A stretch of DNA of 61,705 bases, filler included, from Basidiobolus ranarum (Eukaryota), in NCBI GenBank assembly GCA_040143965.1. It is 16 parts of 16 records of this genome, joined end to end, with 100 filler letters (N's around TTAATTAATTAA, not from the genome) between each part and the next. Parts side by side here need not be neighbours in the genome. Positions count along the whole stretch, not along the records: positions 46,412 to 50,163 come from JASJQH010009176.1; positions 50,264 to 54,014 come from JASJQH010009177.1; positions 54,115 to 57,860 come from JASJQH010009179.1; 13 more parts are not named here. One strand, given 5' to 3'. Each line of letters begins with the position of its first letter. The first letter of the stretch is position 1. Shown here one piece after another: positions 47,107-57,960 of this stretch. Under the pieces are notes generated by a model, which ran no database searches, was not told the DNA's origin, and saw nothing but the letters and a program-made list of their open reading frames with translations. A program made the position numbers and the translations under genes.

Positions 47107-48855
47107 TTAAAACGAGGAATTGTCAATCGCCATCAACCGACCATGACGATCAAGGTTATTCAGCTCGGATTCAGACTTATTAGATGATTGTACTGGTACA
47201 CTAGCAACTGACGTTTTGGATGACGATCTACCAAAGAGTTTCTTTTTTGGTTTGCCTTCATCTAACTTGTGAGGATCCAATTGGGAAGCAGTCTTTTTCG
47301 AGAATAGTCGCTTGTGTTTATGGTGATCAAGTGATATGTCTGTCGAACACCTGGAGACCCCTTTATTTACCTGTGCTGGTAGTGAATGCGTATGATGATG
47401 TGGTGGACTTGAACTAGAATTATGACCATTCTTTTTGAAAAGACCTCCGGCCCATTGCTTCATGTAATTTGCACGTTGGCGGACAGTTCTATCAAGGAAA
47501 TGATAAATATCGATCGCTTGTCAGCATTTTATGTTCGATTACTTACCTCTTTGCCATCTGCATATTTATCTTTCCTGAGTTTTTCATCAAAAAAAGGACG
47601 CCACAATTTACTCCAAACAAGACCAACAAAAACAGGTCGAATGAACACCAACGGACTATTAATGTATACAATGTTAAGAAACACAAGACTTTTCTTCGGC
47701 TTTTAACTGTTCCGATCTCCTTTAAATCTAAGAAACGGAAGAGAAGGGAAGGGAATATTAGTTACATGAGACAACCACAAACAGTGTCAATAGAGACTGT
47801 ACCAGCATAGGTCGGCTTATTATTTATAGGATCCACTTCAGGATACGTCAGTAGAGCAATAAACTGAATCGGGATATCCAAGAGTCCCACACTATTTTGT
47901 CCAGACTTTCTATTGCCATTATTAGCGACTGGAGACTCAAACCAATGTGCTAACACCCCCAACCCCTGGCTGGACCACCAGTTTTCACCATGGTTATCTG
48001 TATCATCCAACGAGCTAGTAGAATGCTCTGATGAATCAATACGTTCGTGGTGCAATGCAGAAGGGGGCAGGCTCTTAGCTTTGGAACCAAGCTCGTCACC
48101 TGAAGATACAGGAGTGCTGTTCAAATACGGGATACCGTTCTCATCCGCTCTACCTAACATTGGTGTGGAAGTGTAAGAGCTGTCGGCACCAGATCCTTTA
48201 CTTTGATTACTATCTTCATTTATCCCTATATTATCCGGCACCAAGTAGGAACGAGAAGTTTCATATGTTTCCGGCTCCATAGTATAAGAATGGTGCGATA
48301 GAATGGACGATTCGTCATCAGTAGTGATACTACCACGAGGTAGATGTTCATGTTCGTTTGTATGTGAAGTCAGAGCCTGTAATAAATAAATTATTAATTG
48401 TGAGGAGTGGAATTGCGCCTACTAAACTACTTACCGAAAAATTATCGTCGTACCAAATTTTTAACCATTTAGCTAAGGATTTGGAGGATTTTTTACCACT
48501 TATTAAAGGGACGATTGTTTCATTCAAATATTGAAAGTTACTAAGGATCTCATCAAACTCATCTCCTTCAGCCACTAATAAGATCATAAAACTATCAGTA
48601 CTAATCTATTAAAAGAAATAACGCTTATACTGTGGAATCAAGTCCGAGAGAAAAGAAATCACAGGTAAATTAAAAAAAAAATTGATAGAAAATGGATTTA
48701 CCTTTATAATGAGGAAAATGTTTAGTGATCACTCGATAAAAAGAATGAGAAGCTAGATGTTTTGTTGGATCGCTGGCCTGTAAAATGAAGTAGCTTGAAG
48801 ATTCCAGGCTTTTTTTTCCAATGCTTGGACTGACGAGAGTGGCGCGAACCCACAT
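47107..48855 (-). CDS. Hypothetical multi-exon membrane protein
   Basis: ORFs at 48855, 48587, 48280 and 47463 can be joined through GT-AG introns; conserved-looking core LDIPIQFIALLTYPE and hydrophobic VLCFLTLYTLIVRWCSFDLFLLVLFGVNCGVLFLMKN; exact exon structure uncertain. Confidence 0.65.
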
Positions 48856-49359
48856 GCTTCGATAGTAGATTGTGACTGATCAAGGTTTATATATAGAATA
48901 GCTTAAATAGCTTAAAAGAAATACAAGAAATGCCAAGGGGAAGGAAAGGGAAGCAAATGATAGAACTAGACTCTAGTTGTTAAATCTTAAATCACACAAA
49001 TACACACAAGTCGAAAGAGCCAGCAGTCACGTACCGTCAGCCTGGTTATTGGTAATCAAATACAATACAATGGTTAATACAAAAAAAAAAGACTCCAGTC
49101 GCCTATTTATGTAATCTGAGTAATATGAAACAACTGACGCCGAATTTTTTAGAGTACTCTTGACTTCAAATTACATTCATACACAAATCTCCTTATGTCA
49201 CATACCACGTATCATTATTCACCCGAAACCCAAAATCCAGGAACAAACTTTACTGAATTGTATATAACCTAAGAATCATGAGCTGAATCATGAGCTAATT
49301 AGGAACAATTATATGTCAACCTTTACCCGACACTTCTCGGACTCAGATCCTTATGTCAT

Positions 49360-49490
49360 TACCCTAACCAGACCAAACCGAGAGTGATATCTAAGTGGAT
49401 TTCCTAACCCTAACTTCAGCTTAATACCTTACCCGGAGTGATAGATATGATCAACCCTAACCCTATATATCATAAACCCTAACCCTAAGA
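49360..49490. promoter_or_regulatory. Cluster of telomere-type CCCTAA motifs in a divergent promoter
   Basis: ACCCTAACC, CCTAACCCTAAC, AACCCTAACCCTA and AACCCTAACCCTAA within about 130 nt between starts at 48855 (-) and 49697 (+). Confidence 0.5.
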
Positions 49491-49696
49491 ATCTTTAGTA
49501 GATTAACCATATATATATATATTAAACTGTATATGTAAATTGGTAAAATTTTTGGAGTTGTTTATAAAAACTATGAGTGGACAAATAGAATTCATTGACC
49601 ATTGTTATGTATGCTAGTAAAGAGTCGAGTAATTTTCGATATAAAGGTAAATGGTAGCCACCGTGTAAATCATTCGTGTACATCATTCGTGTAAAT

Positions 49697-50163
49697 ATGA
49701 AGTTAGCTACCACCGCCATCTCTTTGCTCTCTTTTGGTGCTTTCTCCAAGGTCGTGCAGGCCACATGTGCCGATCAGGCAGTTTTCGAAAACTGTCTACA
49801 ATCGGGTAAAGTTGCTCTAGCGGCATGTACCTATTCAGATTGGTCCTGCAAATGCGCCGCAGAGAAAGTAATTCACACATGCTACAATGATTGTTCCGAT
49901 GATCCTGAGTTAGTTGCTGAAGCTGAGGTACAGGAAGGTATTGTTACCACTTACTGTTCATTGGCTGAACGCTCCAATAAGGATAGTGTTTCTTCATCTC
50001 TCTCTAAACATGGATCCTCCAGCAGTTCAAGATCTTTGCATACCCCTACTTCGCTTATAAAACCAGCTTCAATCGCCTCTCCTATTCCTTCATCGGAAAG
50101 GTCACATGAATCCTCAAGCAGTTCACATACTCCAACTTCACAACCCAAGTCTATAAAACCCAG
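49697..50163 (+). CDS. Secreted Cys-rich, Ser/Thr-rich cell-surface protein (possibly GPI-anchored), truncated
   Basis: Signal peptide MKLATTAISLLSFGAFSKVVQA; 8-Cys domain C..CL..C..DWSCKC..CYNDC..YCS; Ser/Pro-rich stalk. Confidence 0.75.
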
Positions 50164-50505
50164 NNNNNNNNNNNNNNNNNNNNNNNNNNNNNNNNNNNNN
50201 NNNNNNNTTAATTAATTAANNNNNNNNNNNNNNNNNNNNNNNNNNNNNNNNNNNNNNNNNNNNAATGCCCACTGGACCGAATGCGAGGCCCATTACAATG
50301 ATCTCTGGTACAAATCAATCAGCACGATCGCAAAACACTTCATTGAGCGCTTCGAGGAATATAGTTCAATCATGTTTGTGCACACAGTGATGCCTAGCCA
50401 GTTCATTCTGGAAAAGATGGGTTCATCTATAATGGTTTATTTCATTGACATTCAATTGCACTCTACAAATTAATAAAACTCTCCAGTGATACTAAATTAA
50501 ATAAA

Positions 50506-52201
50506 CTAGAAATCTCCGTTCAATTCACGGGCCCAAGCGGGCATCTCCGTCTCATATGTCCAATCCTGACATTGGTATTTCAGTGCATGTAGCCAGATAC
50601 ACATCTCCTCCGGCTTGGGCTCTTCAGACTCGGGGAAATCGCAATCTGGGCATTTCTTGAGGCTGTCGTTCGATTCCTCAAGCTTCCCCTTTTCTTCGAA
50701 CTTATTCAACACCAGTTGCAGGGCTTCTTCGCCCAGGCCGTCTTCTCCGAGTTCAGGTCCCCACATTTCTTTGTTGGCATAGATTGGATCGTTGGCGATT
50801 GGGTGCCCTAAATATTGCAAATGGACTCGGATTTGATGGGTGCGTCCAGTCTCCGGCTTGCACCGGACCAAACTGGTTTTTCCGTTGAAATGAATTCTCT
50901 CGAACGTGGTTTTACATTCCTTTCCTTTAGGGGTTACTGCATTGATTCCGAGCTTGTGTGAAATGGTTTCGATCTTCTCATCGACCGTGATCTCTCCTCT
51001 ATTTGATGGGAAATTATTAGTAAGGCATGATTCCATACAGCGGATAATGAGGCAAACTTACTCAGGAAACTCTCCGATCACTTGGCAGACGTACTCCTTA
51101 TACATCTCTCGATTTTGCATCAGAGTCTCCATCTCCTGAGCCTTTCCTCTAGTCAATGCAAGAATAACAATGCCTGAAGTGAGTCTATCCAACCGATTGA
51201 CAGCTACGGGGTGAAAACCATTTAAGCAGGCGATCAGTTCTATCCATGATACAATAATACGTACGATATAGAGCGGTGAGGTCCTTCTCCTTCTTGAGGA
51301 TGTTGGTGAGTGTGTTCAAAGAGTATCTAAATTACATAGCAATCAGCTGGTTAGTTACAAGAAAGAGCTGGCTAAGTAGTAATTTACCAACCTTCCAGTA
51401 GGATGAACCTGAAATACACCAGAATAGAAAAATGGAATTTAGTATACAGGAAAAGTGGTTCATATTCAAGCAGTTAAATTACGGGAATGCTAGCAGGCTT
51501 ATCCACAACCAGGATGTTCTCATCTTGCTCAATGATTTTTATAGGCTTGGCAGCTATCGAAGGTTCATCACGAGGGCTGTAATGTGAAATGAACGCATTC
51601 TCTCCAATTCTGGTTGATGGCTGAACCTTTTCTTGGTTAATTGTGATCTTGCCCTCGTCGATTGCCTTGCGCTATGGATGATCAAATTAGACAATATATC
51701 AATTACGAGATATTTAGCGACCATTACGTACATAATATTCTGCTGAACGATCGCGAAACTCGTGAGAGAAAACATCTAGAATACTCCTTCCAACCCAACG
51801 ACCCTTGGCGAAAGTTTGGTGCTTGAAGAAGTAGGGCTTGATCTTACGCAGACCTAACACACAGTTTGTGTTAAAGGAAATGTTCTAAAAATAAAACCGA
51901 TTTCTACTTGGACACTAACCGTCTTCAATTATATACTCTGCTTCAGCAAGATTTTCCTTCAGATCCTGCTTAATGATTTCCTTGGTAAATTGCGGTTTGG
52001 GAGCAGCTTTACGAGCTGGTTTGTAAAAGTTACTACCTCATACTTTCTGATAAGTTTGACTATGTTATGTAAAATACCTGGCTTTCGTGGTTTGGCATCA
52101 GTTGCGGTGGATTCTTTCCTTACTTTAGAAGCTTTTACCTTTTCTCCATACGACTCCCCACGCTGTCTCTTATTACCCTTATCGTTTGTATTGGCTCCCA
52201 T
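50506..52201 (-). CDS. RluA-family pseudouridine synthase (RIB2/PUS9/RPUSD2-like), spliced
   Basis: [45 protein letters not shown] (catalytic Asp), [32 protein letters not shown]. Confidence 0.93.
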
Positions 52202-52819
52202 TTGTAAACAGTGAATAGTTTAACTTTACGGCAGGAAGAATAGAATGAGTCTACAAAGTAACTCGCTAACCTAATAACAGTGTGTGAAAAAATCGAACTT
52301 ACACTTGACCGTGAATTGTTAAAACAGGAAAAAAAAAATTCTTTTTCATGGATACATCACAAGCAGGAAAATGACAATTAATCACTAAATATAGACAGGT
52401 ATCCATTTACTACCTAAAATGGTTAACTAATATTGAGATTTCTAACCTATTTGCTGGTTAATCAGTTACAGCCATTGCTAACTTAATGATTTCCTACTAG
52501 CTGCAGTATTCTATATTATTTTGTAGCTTCGACATTGCACCTATGGAATATGCCCTAGAGTTAAAGTCCTAATCATTTGGTTGCAATCTCCCGTAACTCA
52601 GAGAAATATAGCTCCCGAAGCCTTTGGAGAGAGCGAATCACAAGATCCAATAGCTCGTGGGTAGCCCGAAACACAATGAAACAATCAGTCATGGAATATA
52701 GAGTCAGCAAATTAGGCCTGAAACATTCAAGAAAACCATCTATAAATATCCAAGTTTCTCAAAGGAGACAAATTCATATTCTCTGAATCTTTAGCTAACT
52801 CAGATCTGTTATTACCCTA

Positions 52820-53551
52820 CTAAGTGGTGACCGTTGACATATCACCTGAATCTGGCTCCGAACCCGATACAATCAAGATATAAAAGCCGCTAATGAAGTG
52901 TAGAGAAGTGTATTTGTGTTGAATAAGCAAAGCATCGTTTGGGATGTTGGTATAATCAAAGCCAGCTTCATGACAAGCTTTGAATACGGATACAGTGAGT
53001 TGGTGCTCTCTGCTTGATTCTGCTTTATTTATGACTGTCTTAAGCCCGATGCGCCACTGGTCTGACTCAATTGAGAATGTCATCTATATCATTAGCTATA
53101 GAGTATTGATCTCTCAATCTCAATAATGATAGGCTTTGTCTTTACACACCAAATCTTGACTCAGATTTGAATATTCCTATATATTTTGATTGTTCCGGAA
53201 TAATGTACGTACCGTATATTCTATTCCAAATGATAGAGGGCATTATTTATGCTGGCCCTGTGTAGTACCATCTGTTGCACTTGTTTGATGAATTGCTTGA
53301 AAATACTCCATATCCTCAGTTATAGAAAAGGAGTGTTGCTTAGAAAACGGAAACACTATACACATACCTCTAGATAGTTCATGCCACCACAATGGAAGGT
53401 GCTGTTTATAGTTTCTCAGGTGATGCAAATTGATCATCATTCTGTAGTCAAATGCCATTGGAGAGATCAGAGACGTGCCTGACACAGCTGGTGTGCTTGA
53501 TATAAGACTAACAGAGGTTAATATGATTAAAGCACTTGCCAATATTTGCAA
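52820..53551 (-). pseudogene. Possible decayed secreted-protein gene
   Basis: Signal-like ILASALIILTSVSLISS without an ATG, followed by broken ORFs; no family recognised. Confidence 0.25.
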
Positions 53552-53787
53552 TTTGACTTGAAATTTTGCTCTGTAACAGTTAAGATCATGAACGAAAGGA
53601 AGTCTTACTCTTAGCTGATCAATATTGCTTTATCGATCAGATTATTGTTAGCAAGGCTGCATATTGGAAGAATTAATGGATTTTTTTTGACAAATAGCAT
53701 ATTTTTGAACTCTCCTAAAGCTACCTGAGCTCATGCACTAATATAGTGGAACTGTGTTGCCAATCACTGTTATATACTTACTAAACA

Positions 53788-54014
53788 TGTTGAAGTATTT
53801 TGGAAGTGGTTTGTCAAACTAGAAGAATTGCAGGTTTTCACTTTTTGATTTATTGGGTAAAAAGTGTTGAAATTAGCACTGCCTAAGCACCTATATAGTC
53901 ATATATGTTGAAATTAGCATTGCCTAAACACCTATATAGTCATATATAGCTTAGTACTTAGTTATCTTATAATTCACTAAGATATTATCAATTATTCTCA
54001 ATCGGAATTTACTT
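53788..54014. repeat. Three nested LTR-A pieces (- 53788-53864; + 53865-53905; + 53906-54014)
   Basis: Two consecutive TGTTGAAATTAGCA starts preceded by an inverted LTR-A 3' end. Confidence 0.88.
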
Positions 54015-54114
54015 NNNNNNNNNNNNNNNNNNNNNNNNNNNNNNNNNNNNNNNNNNNNTTAATTAATTAANNNNNNNNNNNNNNNNNNNNNNNNNNNNNN
54101 NNNNNNNNNNNNNN

Positions 54115-55290
54115 ATATTAGCTTTAATAAAATATTCACCCATCTGAACCCCATTCAATAACCATTCAAATTCTGCAATCAAAGGCTCCAAGAAGCTATC
54201 TATAGGCACTGGTGATTTGGGTCCAGATATGATGGATAGTATCCAAATATAATGACTCTTATACCATTCAGAAGGAGGAAAATTTGAATTGATTAAAATT
54301 ATTGACCAGCAAGCCTTTCCAATGGTATATTTGTTTAATGAGAAACCATCCAAAGCCAATGCAAATACGAGATCATACATGTTCTCAAAGAAACCTTGAT
54401 TTTTCAGATTCTGGTAGTGATATCCATCAAGTATATCAATAAAACCATCAGCTTCATGGTGAGTATTTTGGTATTGGATCAATGATCTATAATTGGGTGA
54501 TTTCATCAAAACTCTAAGATGGGGAATCAATGGTAGGTAAGCCAAATATGAATGTTACTTACCTGATTCAGTGATTGCCAACTGTGTGCTAACAGTACAT
54601 GACTTCAGGCTTTTCAGATTACAGGTGAATGCCTAAAAACCTTTGGGACACTAAGATAGTTTAGTTACTGAAGGATTAGAAGTCATACAATTGACAAGTG
54701 TTTTCCACTTGTACCAAGTCTGTGGCAAGCAACAGTTGCCAATCAACTGTGGTAAAAGTTTAAGAAAACCAATATACTCCTGGTTGCTAAGTTAGGATTG
54801 AACTCTCCACCCCTCAATAATGAAAGCAGCTTTCTTTAAGGTGAATGTTATGATTGGACTAATGTTTGCCAATAACAAAGAGCCATAACAAAGTCATCAT
54901 CTTCCACATCAACTTCTTATATACCATCATTGGTACTGGAATAACCAAGGTCTACATCTAGCAGCCAGTCCTCAAAGTTGCGGGACTTACTAGTTCAATC
55001 AAAGTTGCCTCTCTACCTACATCATCCTGGTCAAATGACTGTGGTAACTCCACAGTATCTTGACTTTTGGCAGTTTTACCAAAACTTTAAGGAAGAGTAC
55101 AGTCAGTGGACTCAGTGGGCAAAACTAAAGTCAATTTTTGGCACTTGTTACTGTTAATATTCACCATGATTTGTGCAGCTGGCGGCTTTGTATGGTGACC
55201 ATGCTTGTGATTACTTTTCTGTGAAGCCTCCAGCCTTTAGAGCATACAAATTTGTGACAATAATAGCAGGGCTTGTTTAAGTATATCTGT
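54115..55290 (-). mobile_element. Tnp2/Transposase_21 (CACTA/EnSpm-like) transposase remnant
   Basis: YLPLIPHL...DILDGYHY...LALDGF...WSIILINSNFPPSEW...ISGPKSP..IDSFLEPLIAEFEWLLNGV; broken upstream frame. Confidence 0.85.
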
Positions 55291-55510
55291 TGTGGCATGA
55301 GAAGGGTATTGTAGAAAAAAGAACACTTCCTATGTAAGGGTGGTATTTTAGGTTTAGCCCATCAACATCATCAGCTGATTCTGAGATGGTGTCGCAGATG
55401 AGTCACCAGGGGATTAACAAGATATATTTGTTAATGGATGGCAATTTTGGTTCATTATAAGTTGTTTCTAAGCAATTTTATTACATCAAGTTTATCATCT
55501 GAAAATTTCA

Positions 55511-57617
55511 ATGCCATTCAAAAAGCATTCTAAATCTAAATAAAAATTGGCTCCCAAGCCAAAGACCACTGGCACAAAAGGAAAAAAACCAGCAGGAACA
55601 GAGGACTTAATTGAGGAGCATATGAGCAATACACTATCCACTTTGGAAGGCATCAACATGCCACAAACTAACTCCGGTAATGATGAAAAATTGATCCTCT
55701 TACCCAATGTGTTCCTTTTCAGCATTAGTGCAAGTGAAGAGATTGCAATCCCCCAACTACATAGTAAATCAATAGTTTAGCAAAGTTCAACCAAAACACC
55801 ATCAAGACCATAAACTTCCAAGATGGTTACTCTGCCTACTATTGAACAATTGTTAGTAGAAAATATGGATAGAATTATTGCAAGAAGGAAATTGCAGGCA
55901 GATCACCATAAAAAATTTGTATGCAATCATAAGTAAAAACTACAAAGTTGATATACAGGCCATGACAAGCAATAATTCCCCAATATTCCAATTAATATAG
56001 TGTTTGAAAGCAACTAGTCAGCAGTTAGAGAGTCACTTGATAAAGATACTAGACCTTCATAATGCTGTACTTAAGCTACAGTAACATGCTGTTCCTCTAT
56101 ACATTCTCATATGGGATCTCAATCAATCCCACACCATATGTATGAATGTCACCATGACAACCTAGCAGAGAATAATATCTGTTGGATCATTAAGGCTATA
56201 CAACAACCCAAAATTGCTTGGGCACGTGAAAGTAAAAATTTCATTGGAAAACCAGCAAACCAAAAGACTCTGAATGTCAGAGCCGCCATCACTTGCTCTG
56301 ATGATGAGTGTTTTAACATTTTGGAAACTGTGTGGAATCTTGGCCAAAATCACTTTGATTTGAGCCAATTATTGAAAAACCAAAAACAAGGCTTTACTCT
56401 TAAGGTTCTTGACTAAATTCATGTGGCTTATCCAGGATTTTTGCAAGCAAATGGCAATTGGGCTTGCATAGGCCTATTTATGTAACAGCTCAAAAATGTA
56501 TGCATCTTTCAACTTGGAAAAGAATGAAAAGCAGCTAAAGAAGAACTCAAGGAGCAGGAAGTTAGTAAAACCAAGGGAAAAGCAAAGAAGCCAGTGAGCT
56601 TAGGCTATACTGTCTCATTTCCTAACTCTTCACAGCATTATAATGATCTGTATTGACAGAGTCCCATATACTGGCAAAAGAGCTTAATTTCACCATGGAA
56701 CCAGATTCAGCAGTTCAAAGGGTGCTAAATTTGGCAGCTTATCCAACACCCGGCACCTCTCAACAAGTCCAAACACCAGCAAATAAAACTCATGGCTCTC
56801 CAACCTCAACAGGTACTTTTCAAATAGAACTCACTGCTCCCCAACCTCAACTGGTACTTTTCAAAGTGCTGAGATTAGCCCAAACTCATAGGCAAGCAAA
56901 AAGCTACACAAAAACTGCAAAGCACCCTCAGCAGTGTTTCACTACAAGGACATGTAAGAATAGTCAAAGTGCTGGAGATGTATTTTCCAAAGTATTAGTG
57001 AAAAACACAGTGCAAGTATGCAGAAAGTGGCTTCAGAAGAAGAACATTCAACTTGTCAATCAGTATGATATAGACCATGCAGATATCTGGGAACAATATA
57101 ATATGGAGTGGCACAATAACACAGGGCGTTCACAAATTCTTGTGCTATGAAAGCCAGAGGCTTCAAAGAGAGAATAATTTCAAGCATGGTAATAGTACAA
57201 AGCTACCAGCTGCACAAAGTCAGGTGAATATCAACAGTAATAAGTACAAAAAATTGACTTTAGTTTTGCCCACTGTATCCACTGTCTGTGCTTTGCCTCA
57301 AAGCTTTTGTAACACTGCCAAAAGTAAAGATACCAAGACATTATCACAGCTATATGCCCAGAATGATGTGGGTAAAATGCAACTTTGGTTGAACCAATAA
57401 GTCCAGACAACTGTGAGGCATGCTGCTGTAAGTTGCCCTCAGTTATTCCAGCACTGATGGTGATATATGGGAAGTTAAAAAACAAGACAATCATTTTGTT
57501 AAAGACTGTGTGTTATTGACAAGTATTAGTCCACTTATAACAATTACAGTAAAGGAAGCAGCTTTGATTATTGAGGAGTAGAGAGTTCAATCTAATCTCA
57601 GTAACCAGGTGTTTATT
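55511..57617 (+). mobile_element. Second CACTA-like element remnant: accessory ORF(s) plus tnp2 5' region, cut by a PHIS element
   Basis: 57130-57610 aligns with the reverse complement of about 54780-55257; upstream CpG-depleted broken ORF from ATG 55511. Confidence 0.65.
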
Positions 57618-57860
57618 AGACTTGTTCCACTTTATTGAGCCAGATCAGGCCAGCTAAAAAGTGTGCCAGCACAAATTGGCATGATTGGGCAATATCCGGC
57701 ACAATGTTATTTACGGTTTCGGAAACAGTTTTTTTTACTCATGTGGTATTTTAAAGAAAAGTACTTTTAGACATTATTGCATATTCAAAAGATGATGAAA
57801 GCTTTATTCATAGTGTCTTAAGTCTGGAGCTCTCAATGGATATCTTTGAGTATGGATATA
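57618..57860 (-). mobile_element. IS5/PHIS transposon 3' end, second copy
   Basis: ATT then AGACTTGTTCC; aligns with 10809-11050; encodes the same transposase tail (YIHTQRYPLRAPDLRHYE*). Confidence 0.88.
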
Positions 57861-57960
57861 NNNNNNNNNNNNNNNNNNNNNNNNNNNNNNNNNNNNNNNN
57901 NNNNTTAATTAATTAANNNNNNNNNNNNNNNNNNNNNNNNNNNNNNNNNNNNNNNNNNNN

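Noticed and set aside
12804..54014. Dispersed repeat of about 347 nt as a CRISPR-like array, ncRNA or novel element
   Set aside because: It has TG..CA ends, PBS, PPT, 5-bp TSDs and flanks gag and RNase H: an ordinary Copia LTR
55511..57150. Fanzor/TnpB-like cargo in the DNA transposon
   Set aside because: No RuvC (D..E..D) plus CxxC zinc-finger pattern visible by eye
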